Origin: a bacterium
GTDB taxonomy: Bacteria; Patescibacteriota; Patescibacteriia; Buchananbacterales; GWA2-38-13
Length of the DNA: 49,564 nucleotides
Direction: 5' to 3'
Assembly (NCBI GenBank): GCA_030648715.1
Contig: JAUSGZ010000007.1
Location: 1 to 49,564 of the forward strand
Notes under the pieces: model-generated
Told to the model about the DNA's origin: nothing
Seen by the model: only the letters and a program-made list of their open reading frames with translations
The model's database searches: none
Shown: piece after piece, positions 15,872-24,387 of the stretch
Layout of the letters: the number at the start of each line of letters is the position of its first letter
Position numbering within the stretch: the stretch's first letter is position 1
Made by a program: the position numbers and the translations under genes

Positions 15872-16450
15872 TTGGACGTCACGCAAGTCCAGGCTTTCGC
15901 TCGCGAAATGCAGCGGCTGGAAAATCCGCTCCTCGCCGTCGATCCAGAAGTGGTCAAGAAAGCCGTCGCCATGGGGCTTTCCCTCATCGACCCGACGCAG
16001 CCATTCGGCAGCACCCTCTTCAACGCCCTGTGCCAGGTCACCGTGACCGTCGCCATCGAAGCGGTGGCGCTGCGTACTAACCCGGGTAGCGGTGGCATTG
16101 AGGTGCTGCTGACGCAGCGTCCCAAGACCGAGCCCGCGTACCCGGGAGAATGGCACTGTCCGGGGTCTGCTCTGCGACCCGGGGAGCTCATCCAGAGCGT
16201 GTTCGCACGGCTCAGCCGCGCCGAATTCTTCACGTCCATCGCGATGTGGAAAGATGCCGGAGTCTGGAACAACCCCAACGAGGCGCGCGGGCACTTCCTC
16301 CACCTCGTCTACCTATGCCTAGTGGAAGGCGGCAGCCGCGGCCAGTGGTTCCCCGTTGAACTACTCCCGACCCCGACCGTCGACCACCACGGCGAACAGA
16401 TCATTCCGATGGCGCTGCGCGTCTACAACGCCCTCGAGATGCCATGGTGA
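15872..16450 (+). CDS. hypothetical protein, Nudix-fold-like with a degenerate Nudix box
   Basis: 192 aa. TTG start at 15872, preceded by AAGGAG (15860-15865) with a 6-nt spacer. YPGEWHCPGSALRPGELIQSVFARLSRAEF resembles GX5EX7REUXEEXGU but lacks the RE..EE residues. A terminator follows. Confidence 0.5.
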   Translation: MDVTQVQAFAREMQRLENPLLAVDPEVVKKAVAMGLSLIDPTQPFGSTLFNALCQVTVTVAIEAVALRTNPGSGGIEVLLTQRPKTEPAYPGEWHCPGSALRPGELIQSVFARLSRAEFFTSIAMWKDAGVWNNPNEARGHFLHLVYLCLVEGGSRGQWFPVELLPTPTVDHHGEQIIPMALRVYNALEMPW

Positions 16451-16463
16451 GTCGCTGATCCCG

Positions 16464-16506
16464 GGCCAGCCCGCGCCGATAACGGCTGCGGCTGGCCTCT
16501 TTTTTT
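16464..16506 (+). terminator. Rho-independent terminator
   Basis: GGCCAGCC...GGCTGGCC stem (16464-16471 / 16490-16497) with an inner gccg-ataa-cggc pairing, followed by tcttttttt. Confidence 0.65.
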
Positions 16507-16517
16507 AGGTATGCGGC

Positions 16518-16546
16518 TTGACAATTCGCTCCGTATCCGGTATCTT
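16518..16546 (+). promoter_or_regulatory. sigma-70-like promoter candidate for rpmA
   Basis: TTGACA (16518-16523), 17-nt spacer, TATCTT (16541-16546). It lies 34 nt upstream of the rpmA ATG. Confidence 0.5.
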
Positions 16547-16579
16547 TGAACAATCCTAACCCAAGATTTCTGAGCAGAT

Positions 16580-16894
16580 ATGGCGCATAAAAAAGCAGGC
16601 GGCTCCACCAGTTTAGGCCGCGATTCGCAGTCCAAACGGCTGGGCGTCAAGGTCGCCGATGGGCAATACGCAACCCATGGCGCCATCATCGTCCGCCAGA
16701 AAGGCACGCGCATCCGCGCCGGAGAAAACGTCGGCATGGGCAGGGACTACACCCTATTCGCGAAGGCCGCGGGGTTGGTCAAATTCACCCGGCACCAGAT
16801 CGTGAACTATGATGGCCGTCGTAAGGTCGTGAGTTTCGCGAGCGTCCAGCCCAAGGCCAAAGCTGCGACAAAGCCCAAACGAAAGGCGAAATAA
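16580..16894 (+). CDS. rpmA: 50S ribosomal protein L27
   Basis: 104 aa. [24 protein letters not shown]... is the canonical L27 N-terminus, followed by a Lys/Ala-rich C-terminal tail. No rplU is adjacent. Confidence 0.95.
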   Translation: MAHKKAGGSTSLGRDSQSKRLGVKVADGQYATHGAIIVRQKGTRIRAGENVGMGRDYTLFAKAAGLVKFTRHQIVNYDGRRKVVSFASVQPKAKAATKPKRKAK

Positions 16895-16904
16895 CCTCAA
16901 TAGC

Positions 16905-16937
16905 AAAACCGTCCCGCATCCGCGGGGCGGTTTTTTT
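16905..16937. terminator. bidirectional Rho-independent terminator
   Basis: aaaaCCGTCCCGC-atc-CGCGGGGCGGttttttt between convergent rpmA (+) and pyrG (-). Confidence 0.7.
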
Positions 16938-16953
16938 GCGCTGCGAGAATGTC

Positions 16954-18588
16954 CTACTTCCGACCGACGGCTCGCTGCTTGGCGGCAGCCACCAGCCCGG
17001 TAAACAGCGGATGCGGATGCAGCGGCCGCGACTTCAATTCGGGGTGAAATTGGGTGCCGACGAAAAATGGGTGTTGCGGCAGCTCGATTATTTCCACCAG
17101 CTGCCCGTCCGGGGACAGCCCCGCCAAAGAAATACCGGCCTTCGTCAGCCGCTCGCGGTAGGCGTTATTGAACTCATAGCGGTGGCGGTGGCGTTCATTG
17201 ATGCGGCGCGTGCCGTAGAGCTTGGCGCTCCGGGAGCGGCGGTCCAGGACGCAGGGCCAGCCACCCAGCCGCATCGTATTACCATACTGCTTTTTGGCGA
17301 GCTTCTCCGCCTGGTCAGGCATGATGTGAATGACGGGGTGCTTGGTTTTGGGGTCGATCTCGGTCGTATTGGCGCCGGACAGCTTGCAAACGTTGCGCGC
17401 GAACTCAACGGTCGCCAACTGCATCCCGTAGCACAGCCCGAGGAACGGCAGGCTATGCTGCCGCGCATACTGAATGGCCAGGATCTTGCCCTCCACGCCG
17501 CGGCTGCCGAACCCGCCCGGCACGATGATGCCGTGGTAGCCGCTCAACTCCTTGACCTTCGCGCGGTCCTTCTCGTAGTCGTCGGAGTTCAGCCAATCGA
17601 TCTGCAGCTTGACGCGGTTGGCGCCGGCCGCATGGCGCAACGCCTCAATGACCGAAATGTACGCGTCCGGCAGGATGAACGCGCCGGTCGCGAAGTACTT
17701 GCCGACCATGCCGATCTTGACCGTGGTTTTCGCCCGCAGCATCCGCTGCACCATGGTGCGCCATTCGCGCAGGTCCTGGCGGCGTGAACGCAGTTTCAAC
17801 TTTTTCAGGATCTTGTCGCTGAGGTGCTCCTTTTCGTAATTCAACGGCACCTGGTAGATGGTCTCCACATCGGGCGCGGAAATAACGGCCGATTCATCCA
17901 CGTTGCAGAACACCGACAGCTTTTTCTTGCGCGGCCCGTCCAGCGGAGCCGTCGAGCGGCAGATGATGAAATCAGGCTGGATCCCCGCCTCGTTGACCTG
18001 GCGCACGGCATACTGGGTCGGTTTGGTCTTCATCTCCCCCAGCGTTCCCGGAACCGGCAGGTAGCTGACCAGCATGAACAGCACGTCGTCGGGCTGCTCG
18101 TAGTGCATCTGTCGGGCGGCTTCCAGGAACAAAATGTTCTGGTACTCGCCGACGGTCCCCCCGATCTCGATGATGGTGATCTCCGCGCGGGCTTTGGCCG
18201 TGGCGCGCCGGATACGGCGGATGACCTCTTCGGGAATATGCGGCACGACCTCGACGCACTTGCCGCCGTACTCAAGGTTCCGTTCGCGGTTAATGACCGA
18301 CTGATAGATGCGGCCGGTGGTCATGTAGTTATCGCGTGGCAGATCCACGTCCAGAAACCGCTCGTAATTGCCGACGTCCTGGTCAGTCTCGTCGCCGTCG
18401 ACCGTAACGAATACTTCGCCGTGTTCGGTCGGGTTCATCGTTCCGGCGTCAACATTGACGTAGGGGTCGATCTTGAGCGCGGTCACGCGGTAACCGCGCG
18501 CCTGCAGGATCTTGCCCACCGACGCCGAGGCGACTCCCTTGCCGACCCCGGACATCACGCCCCCGAACACGAAGATGTATTTTGCCAT
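16954..18588 (-). CDS. pyrG: CTP synthase
   Basis: 544 aa. KYIFVFGGVMSGVGKG synthetase N-terminus, glutaminase GLCYGMQL (Cys nucleophile) and HRHRYEFN. Confidence 0.97.
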   Translation of the reverse strand: MAKYIFVFGGVMSGVGKGVASASVGKILQARGYRVTALKIDPYVNVDAGTMNPTEHGEVFVTVDGDETDQDVGNYERFLDVDLPRDNYMTTGRIYQSVINRERNLEYGGKCVEVVPHIPEEVIRRIRRATAKARAEITIIEIGGTVGEYQNILFLEAARQMHYEQPDDVLFMLVSYLPVPGTLGEMKTKPTQYAVRQVNEAGIQPDFIICRSTAPLDGPRKKKLSVFCNVDESAVISAPDVETIYQVPLNYEKEHLSDKILKKLKLRSRRQDLREWRTMVQRMLRAKTTVKIGMVGKYFATGAFILPDAYISVIEALRHAAGANRVKLQIDWLNSDDYEKDRAKVKELSGYHGIIVPGGFGSRGVEGKILAIQYARQHSLPFLGLCYGMQLATVEFARNVCKLSGANTTEIDPKTKHPVIHIMPDQAEKLAKKQYGNTMRLGGWPCVLDRRSRSAKLYGTRRINERHRHRYEFNNAYRERLTKAGISLAGLSPDGQLVEIIELPQHPFFVGTQFHPELKSRPLHPHPLFTGLVAAAKQRAVGRK

Positions 18589-18709
18589 AAGGAAAAGAGA
18601 GAAATAACAAAAGCAACCCCAGTAGGCCGGCTACCAACCGCGAATTGTGAAAATCCCACCGTGCGGTGGGACTTGACTGGCAGGTGCGGTGGGGAACATG
18701 GCTGGAAAA

Positions 18710-19153
18710 TTATGCCTGGGCGACCACATTGACCGTGACCGTGCTTTCCAGACCGTGGGGCAAGCTAATGACGACCTGGTGCTCGCCGACCTGCTTGAGA
18801 TGTCCGGCTCCCACCTGGTCCTTGGTCACAGAAAAACCGCGCCCTTGGAGCGCGGCGGCGATCTTGACCGGGCTGATAGCCGCGTAGAGGGTACCCTCCG
18901 GAGAGGCCTTCGCCTTCACCGTAACCTCCTGGCCTTCCAATCGCGCAGCCAACTGCTCGGCTTTTTCCAGATCCATTTCGGCGGCACGATCCTGGCGCTC
19001 GCGCCGGCGCTTGACCTGGGCGACCAATTCCGGCGTCGCAATGTCCGCCAAGCCGCGCGGGAACAAATAGTTGCGCGCATACCCAAGCGCGACCTCGCGA
19101 ATCTCGCCCTCGCGACCCAATTTTTCCACCGGTTTGAGCAAAATGACCTTCAT
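18710..19153 (-). CDS. rplI: 50S ribosomal protein L9
   Basis: 147 aa. [36 protein letters not shown] is the canonical L9 N-domain. Confidence 0.92.
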   Translation of the reverse strand: MKVILLKPVEKLGREGEIREVALGYARNYLFPRGLADIATPELVAQVKRRRERQDRAAEMDLEKAEQLAARLEGQEVTVKAKASPEGTLYAAISPVKIAAALQGRGFSVTKDQVGAGHLKQVGEHQVVISLPHGLESTVTVNVVAQA

Positions 19154-19159
19154 GAAGAA

Positions 19160-19450
19160 CTAGGAATGGTTATCGGTCGCGATATTGAACCCCTGGTAGA
19201 GGCCTTTCGGCTGCCCCCAGACGGTCCGGATACGGTCAACGCGCGCCGACCTGACGCCAGTATAGCACCAGTCCAAAAATGCCTGCAAGCGCGTCCGGTC
19301 GGCTTCCGCAATGATCGTGACGCTGCCGTCGGGATTGTTCTTTACGCAGCCGGAAATGCCCAAAACCCGCGCATGCCGGCACACTCCGTACCGGAAACCG
19401 ACCCCCTGAATCGACCCGGTGACCGCCATCGTGAGCGCTGTTGCTACCAT
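19160..19450 (-). CDS. acyP: acylphosphatase
   Basis: I chose the internal ATG (MVATALTMAVTGSIQGVGFRYGV...). The track start at 19552 overlaps the upstream S41 gene. Acylphosphatase signature G.IQGVGFR and GCVKNNPDGSV. Confidence 0.8.
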   Translation of the reverse strand: MVATALTMAVTGSIQGVGFRYGVCRHARVLGISGCVKNNPDGSVTIIAEADRTRLQAFLDWCYTGVRSARVDRIRTVWGQPKGLYQGFNIATDNHS

Positions 19451-19517
19451 ATCCCTACCCCACAAAACCACCCTCCCGCCCAGGGAAGGCGCCCGATATA
19501 ATAATAAACGATACTTA

Positions 19518-20822
19518 TTAGCGGCTGGAAGTTGGGGCCTGCAGCAATTCAACCGCCTTGTCCAACTGCGGATCCAGCTGTTCTTCGGAGCCGTTCTCCG
19601 CGGGCTTGACCTCGACGTCCGGCGCGATGCCCGTGCCGTGGATCTGCCGGCCTTTCGGCGTCAGCCATCTGGCGATGGTCAATTTCACCGACGCGCCATC
19701 CTCGAGCTGCCGCAGGTCCTGCACGGAACCCTTGCCGAAACTCGTTTCCCCCACCAGGGTGGCGACCCCGTAATCCTGCAGGGCGCCGGCCACGATCTCG
19801 GAACCCGAAGCGCTCCCGCGGTTGATCAATACCACCGTGGGAATACCTTCGAACAGCGCCTGCTGGTTCTCGGGCTTATGGCCGACCGTTTCGGCGTTGC
19901 GCTGCTGTTCGCCGACCACGACGCGGTTGGGCCCGGTCCAGAACGACACGACCTCGATGGCGGTGGTCAGGAATCCGCCGGGATTGTTGCGCAGATCCAA
20001 AATAATACCCTTGGGCTTGGCCGCGGCGATCTGATTGGCGGCCTGGCGGAAGCGACCCAACGTGTCTTCGTTGAAATACTTCAGTTGCAGGTGCGCTATA
20101 TCATCGTCCAGCATCTGCCAGCTGACACTGACAATGGCGATGGTATCGCGGGTGATAGTAAAGGTGCGTGGCTCCTTCTCGCCGTTACGGAGGATCTCCA
20201 GGGTCACCTTCGTTCCCTTGGGGCCGCGGATATGGCCGACCGCCTCATCCAGGGCCAATTCAACGGCGTTATAATCGTCGATCTGCAGCACCGTGTCACC
20301 GGCCTTCAGTCCGGCGCGTTCCGCGGGGTTGCCCGGAAGCGGCGCGATGATGGTCAGTCGATCATTGCGGATGCCGATCTCGGCGCCAATACCCTCGAAG
20401 CTGCCCGAGAGGTCCTGCTGGAACTGGGCGGACGTGGTCGGCTCCAGGAATACGGAATAAGGGTCTCCTAATGAACCGACCATCCCCTGCAGCGCGCCAT
20501 AGAACAGTCGTTCGTCGGAAACCTCATCGGCAACGTAGTTGTCTTTCACGTAGTCCCAGACCTCCCAGAACTCATTGAAATCAACTCCCTGCAGCTCGCG
20601 CGTATTGTCGGCATCCCGGACGCGGGAGATAAGCAGCGGCCGGGCTGCCCGCTGTGTCCCTTCCGGCAGCTCCAGCGCGACAAAGCTCAGCCCGATGAAC
20701 ATGCCCGCACAGATCCCGACGGTCGCAAGGAAGACGGCCAGCCAGAGGCCCGTCCAACGGGAAAATTTCATCAACCCCGGAGGGATGAACGGTCGCTTGG
20801 GAACGACGGGCATCAATGCCAT
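19518..20822 (-). CDS. ctpA: S41 C-terminal processing (tail-specific) peptidase with PDZ domain
   Basis: 434 aa. N-terminal TM helix, PDZ GLKAGDTVLQIDD, catalytic GSASGSEIVAGALQD (Ser) and TSFGKGSVQ (Lys). Confidence 0.9.
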   Translation of the reverse strand: MALMPVVPKRPFIPPGLMKFSRWTGLWLAVFLATVGICAGMFIGLSFVALELPEGTQRAARPLLISRVRDADNTRELQGVDFNEFWEVWDYVKDNYVADEVSDERLFYGALQGMVGSLGDPYSVFLEPTTSAQFQQDLSGSFEGIGAEIGIRNDRLTIIAPLPGNPAERAGLKAGDTVLQIDDYNAVELALDEAVGHIRGPKGTKVTLEILRNGEKEPRTFTITRDTIAIVSVSWQMLDDDIAHLQLKYFNEDTLGRFRQAANQIAAAKPKGIILDLRNNPGGFLTTAIEVVSFWTGPNRVVVGEQQRNAETVGHKPENQQALFEGIPTVVLINRGSASGSEIVAGALQDYGVATLVGETSFGKGSVQDLRQLEDGASVKLTIARWLTPKGRQIHGTGIAPDVEVKPAENGSEEQLDPQLDKAVELLQAPTSSR

Positions 20823-20842
20823 AGGATATAGAGAAACGCGAT

Positions 20843-20861
20843 CGCGGCAGAGTCTGCCGCG
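20843..20861. promoter_or_regulatory. perfect 19-bp palindrome CGCGGCAGA-G-TCTGCCGCG
   Basis: Read directly. Lies 21 nt upstream of the ctpA ATG (minus strand), in the 20823-20975 spacer. Candidate operator or 5' UTR hairpin. Confidence 0.4.
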
Positions 20862-20975
20862 GAACAGTTTGCGGAAACGCCGGCTGCTGCGCTACAATCA
20901 TCATCAGCTTGAACGCTGCCGCTTTCCAACAGTGTAACCCGAAAAGGTACCCGCGACAAGCACTCCCTCCCCGCA

Positions 20976-21086
20976 ATGCGCCTGGCTGTCCGCCGCCTGC
21001 TCTATCTCTCGTTCATCTGCGCGTTCTTCGTGACCGCCGCGGTCGTGCTGCTGTACCTGGGAGGCTATTCCCTCCCGTGGTTGTAA
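20976..21086 (+). CDS. possible 36-aa membrane micro-protein (MRLAVRRLLYLSFICAFFVTAAVVLLYLGGYSLPWL)
   Basis: Below the length cut-off of the ORF track; found by manual translation. Basic N-terminus plus one TM helix. A TACAAT box lies at 20893-20898 upstream and a terminator begins 13 nt downstream. No homology evidence. Confidence 0.3.
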   Translation: MRLAVRRLLYLSFICAFFVTAAVVLLYLGGYSLPWL

Positions 21087-21098
21087 CCGCACGTGGGG

Positions 21099-21127
21099 AA
21101 AAACCGCGCTCCGAGCGCGGTTTTTTT
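21099..21127. terminator. bidirectional Rho-independent terminator
   Basis: aaaaaCCGCGCT-ccg-AGCGCGGttttttt. Serves minus-strand rfbA (stop at 21126-21128) and any plus-strand transcript from 20976. Confidence 0.7.
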
Positions 21128-21860
21128 ATGCGTCCGGCTTTTCGGCCGCCCGATTTGCCGCCAATACCCCCGCCTGCAGCAAGCTGTCGAAAGATTCCCC
21201 GCCGTCGCCCCACCACCCCTTGAGCACCTCGTAGGTCATGGTTCCTTGCTTGACGTAAAAGTTATTGACGTCAGTGATCTCAAGCTCGCCGCGCGCCGAT
21301 GGTTTCAGCTGCTTGACGGCGTCCCACACCTGCCCGTCATAACAGTACAGGCCGATGACCGCCAGGTTGGACTTCGGCTGAACCGGCTTTTCCACAATAC
21401 TGACGATCTTGGCTCCCGAAACTTCCGCCACGCCGAACGACCGCGGGTTCTCCACTTCTTTCAAGAAGATCTTGGCCCCGCGTTTTTGGTTCCGGAAATC
21501 CTTGATGGCCGGACTGATATCGTCGTACAAAATATTGTCGCCCAGGATGACGGCGACCGGTCCGCGGTCGGCGAAATCCTCGCACAAGGCGAGCGCCTGC
21601 GCGATGCCGCCGGCCAGGTCCTGGACGCCATAGGAAAACTTCGCGTTAAACTGCGCACCCGACTGCAACAATTCCAAAAATCCACCCGCATGCCCCTTAC
21701 CCGACACGATCATAATGTCGGTGATGCCGGCCTGCGTCAACGTCTGGATCGGATAGTAGATCATCGGCCGGTCGTAGACGGGCAGCAGGTGCTTGTTGGT
21801 CACCAGGGTCAGCGGACGCAGCCGCGTCCCGGTGCCGCCGGCGAGGATGATGCCTTTCAT
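21126..21860 (-). CDS. rfbA: glucose-1-phosphate thymidylyltransferase (short form nucleotidyltransferase)
   Basis: 244 aa. MKGIILAGGTGTRLRPLT..NKHLLPVYD.PMIYYP signature. Other dTDP-rhamnose genes are nearby. Confidence 0.85.
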   Translation of the reverse strand: MKGIILAGGTGTRLRPLTLVTNKHLLPVYDRPMIYYPIQTLTQAGITDIMIVSGKGHAGGFLELLQSGAQFNAKFSYGVQDLAGGIAQALALCEDFADRGPVAVILGDNILYDDISPAIKDFRNQKRGAKIFLKEVENPRSFGVAEVSGAKIVSIVEKPVQPKSNLAVIGLYCYDGQVWDAVKQLKPSARGELEITDVNNFYVKQGTMTYEVLKGWWGDGGESFDSLLQAGVLAANRAAEKPDA

Positions 21861-22045
21861 AGACGGGGAATGTGAACTACGGAATCAAGGAAATAGTTTG
21901 GATACTTGGACATTTATCCCTATGGTAACGGCAATAGCAGTATTTGTCGAGCTGACGGCCCAACAGAGAGTCTTGACTAAACCAACGCACGGTAGTAGCC
22001 TGTAGTTTCCGGGCGATGGTGCCTGGGAGTTTTAGGAGGTGCACC

Positions 22046-22414
22046 TTGAATGCACGACTATCTGGAGCGCTCGCGCAGGCGCAACTGCTAAGCCCCGAAA
22101 ACGTAGTCGGCAGGATGTTCGTTTTTACCGCGGACGAAATCCACCACCACCAGGGGGGAGGAGCGTACAAGGTAACGGCCGCCCACATCGAGCTTGCAAG
22201 TTTTGTCACCGGCATCACGCTCGTGGACAAAACCCTTTGCCTTTTTTCGGCCCACCTGGAAATCGATGGCGCCGAGGTCCTGCGGTTCCGCTGGCATGGA
22301 AGCGAAGAGGGATGGCGCGCGGACCTCGTGTGGCACAGCTATGAGCCAAACAACGGGTACGTCGCTGGCCACTTCAAACTGCTCAAACATCCTGCGACGC
22401 TGGCCGCAAACTAG
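22046..22414 (+). CDS. orphan hypothetical protein (122 aa)
   Basis: TTG at 22046, preceded by AGGAGG (22034-22039) with a 6-nt spacer. The track ATG at 22016 would place the SD inside the ORF. No TM helix and no recognisable domain. GC and GC3 are visibly lower than in neighbouring genes. It is the only plus-strand gene between minus-strand rfb genes. Confidence 0.45.
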   Translation: MNARLSGALAQAQLLSPENVVGRMFVFTADEIHHHQGGGAYKVTAAHIELASFVTGITLVDKTLCLFSAHLEIDGAEVLRFRWHGSEEGWRADLVWHSYEPNNGYVAGHFKLLKHPATLAAN

Positions 22415-22505
22415 CGGTGCTGCCCCTACCCTGCATACCCCTGATGTAAAAGCAGTCGCTCAACAAAACATAACGTTGGGCGATTTTTTTTATTTGGGTA
22501 AAAAA

Positions 22506-23387
22506 TCACGCAATACCCCGGCGCGCCGCCACATAGTCCTGCAGCGCCTCGCGCCATGGCTGCAGCGGCGGCAGCTTGGTATTCGCGAGCAAACTATGCA
22601 CAGGCCGGGCCGCCGCCTGTGGGAATTCATGCGACGCACAAGGAGTGACCGGTATTTTTAATCCCACCAGTGCCACAATGGCCGCGCCAAACTCGTACCA
22701 TGTGATGCCAGCATCGGGCGCCGCGTTGGTGACGTGGTAAATACCGTCGGATTTTTCCTGCGCCGCCAAATCGAGCGTGACGGCAGCAAGGTCTTTAGCG
22801 TACGTCGGTTTCCCCCAGCGGTCGTTGACCAACCTCAACTTCCCGTCCTGCTGTGCGCGCGCAATGATCTTTTCTACCACGTTATCGCGTCGCCCTGGAC
22901 CGAACAGCCAGGACGTTCGAATCAGGAGGTACTTACAGCCGCTTGCTCGCAGGAGCCGCTCCCCTTCCAATTTGCTTTTGCCATAGACCGATAAAGGGTT
23001 GGGAGCGGCGTCCTCCGCGTACCCGGCAGGGTCAGTCCCGTCAAAGACGTAGTCCGTGCTGTAGTGCACCAGCACCGCTCCGATATCCCGACACGCGTTG
23101 GCCAAGACGCCGACTGCCTCGCCGTTGATAGCGTTGGCCAAGCCAGGATGTTCCTCACACCCGTCAACGTCCGTGTACGCTGCCGCGTTGAGGACGTAGC
23201 GCGGGACGATTTTCTTCAACTGATAGGCGACGTCTTCGTGGTTGGTCAAATTGAACTTAGGCAAGTCCAATGCGGTCACCGGGAAATCACTTCTCGTGCA
23301 TGCCTTCAGCAGTTCTCCGCCCAGCATGCCATTGGCACCAATAATAGCCACCGGCAGAGCGGCCGGGTCAACCCTAACGGTTTTCAT
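22506..23387 (-). CDS. rfbD: dTDP-4-dehydrorhamnose reductase
   Basis: I chose the internal ATG at 23387 (MKTVRVDPAALPVAIIGANGMLGG). The track start at 23603 would overlap rfbB by 230 nt. RmlD strings STDYVFDG and YGKSKLEGE. Confidence 0.85.
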   Translation of the reverse strand: MKTVRVDPAALPVAIIGANGMLGGELLKACTRSDFPVTALDLPKFNLTNHEDVAYQLKKIVPRYVLNAAAYTDVDGCEEHPGLANAINGEAVGVLANACRDIGAVLVHYSTDYVFDGTDPAGYAEDAAPNPLSVYGKSKLEGERLLRASGCKYLLIRTSWLFGPGRRDNVVEKIIARAQQDGKLRLVNDRWGKPTYAKDLAAVTLDLAAQEKSDGIYHVTNAAPDAGITWYEFGAAIVALVGLKIPVTPCASHEFPQAAARPVHSLLANTKLPPLQPWREALQDYVAARRGIA

Positions 23388-24387
23388 ATTGACGACGGTA
23401 GTAGTCACGGTATTCGCCGCTCTTGACGCGCTGCCACCACGCTGTGTTTTTCTGGTACCAGGCAACGGTTTTCCCCAGCCATTCGTCAAACGAGTGCGCC
23501 GGCTGGTACCCCAGCTCGCGCTCGGCCTTGGACCAGTCAATGGCGTAGCGGCGGTCATGAGCTGGCCGGTCTTTGACGAATTGAATGGCGGACTCATTCG
23601 CACCCAGCAGCGCGATGATCTTTTTGACCACTTCCAGGTTGCTGACGTCCTGGGTCAACCCGCCGATGCAGTAGGTCTCCCCCGTCTTCCCTTTTTCCAA
23701 AATGAGATCGATGGCGCGGCAGTGGTCATCAACGTACAGCCAATCGCGTACGTACTTACCGTCCCCATAGATAGGAACCGGTTTACCTTCTAGCAAGTTA
23801 GTAATAGCCAGAGGGATGAGCTTTTCCGGAAACATGTAGGGCCCAAAGTTGTTGGCGGTGTTTGAAACGGTCACCGGCAGACCGTACGTGGTATGGTAGG
23901 CGCGGACGAGGTGGTCGGCGGCGGCCTTGGTTGCCGAGTAGGGATTGCGCGGACGGTAGGGTGTATCCTCCCGGAAGGCTTCATTGGTGCCCAGCATCAG
24001 TTGCCCGAAGACCTCATCGGTGGAAATATGGTGGAACCGCTGGACCTTCGCGGCCAGCGCCGCATCCAGTAGCACTTGGGTGCCGACCACGTTGGTCTGC
24101 ACGAACACCGTCGGCCCGAGAATGGAACGGTCCACGTGCGTCTCGGCGGCAAAGTGTACCACCGTATCCGAGCCAGCCATCGCCCTGGCGACGGCCGCGG
24201 CATCGGTAATATCACCCTTGATGAAGCGGTAGCGCTTGTTACCCTCCGCTCCGCGCAGATTTTCTAAATTGCCGGCGTAAGTCAGGGCGTCAAAGTTGAC
24301 AACCTCGTCGCGGGCGTGTTCGCGCAGCCAGTAGTGGATGAAGTTTGAGCCAATGAATCCCGCGCCCCCGGTCACGAAAATTTTCAT
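23374..24387 (-). CDS. rfbB: dTDP-glucose 4,6-dehydratase
   Basis: 337 aa. MKIFVTGGAGFIGSNF, HFAAETHVDRS and YSATKAAADHL (YxxxK). Confidence 0.95.
   Translation of the reverse strand: MKIFVTGGAGFIGSNFIHYWLREHARDEVVNFDALTYAGNLENLRGAEGNKRYRFIKGDITDAAAVARAMAGSDTVVHFAAETHVDRSILGPTVFVQTNVVGTQVLLDAALAAKVQRFHHISTDEVFGQLMLGTNEAFREDTPYRPRNPYSATKAAADHLVRAYHTTYGLPVTVSNTANNFGPYMFPEKLIPLAITNLLEGKPVPIYGDGKYVRDWLYVDDHCRAIDLILEKGKTGETYCIGGLTQDVSNLEVVKKIIALLGANESAIQFVKDRPAHDRRYAIDWSKAERELGYQPAHSFDEWLGKTVAWYQKNTAWWQRVKSGEYRDYYRRQYENR

Noticed and set aside
18655-18694. Duplicated GTGCGGTGGG (18661-18670 and 18685-18694) and a CCCACC-gcac-GGTGGG hairpin in the rplI-pyrG spacer, as a possible pyrG attenuator
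   Set aside because: The hairpin has only 6 bp and a weak U-tract (AUUUUC). The two repeat copies compete for the same partner rather than forming a classical terminator/antiterminator pair. The pyrimidine-rich pyrG leader is suggestive but insufficient.
22011-22022. ggcgatggtg string reminiscent of the 5' part of the fluoride (crcB) riboswitch
   Set aside because: This is only a 10-nt similarity that includes the track ATG. No downstream pseudoknot partner or conserved 3' half was seen.
23388-23603. N-terminal extensions implied by longest-ORF starts. Examples: rfbD to 23603, gmd to 48862, GT4 to 32605, DUF2304-like to 35559, acyP to 19552, pilM from 11930, WbaP-like from 42573, the membrane protein from 29038, UXS to 37276
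   Set aside because: The extensions overlap the upstream gene or run through promoter-like or conserved non-coding sequence. Several start at TTG/GTG, and they precede an in-frame ATG that gives the canonical family N-terminus, often with an ATGA overlap to the upstream stop.
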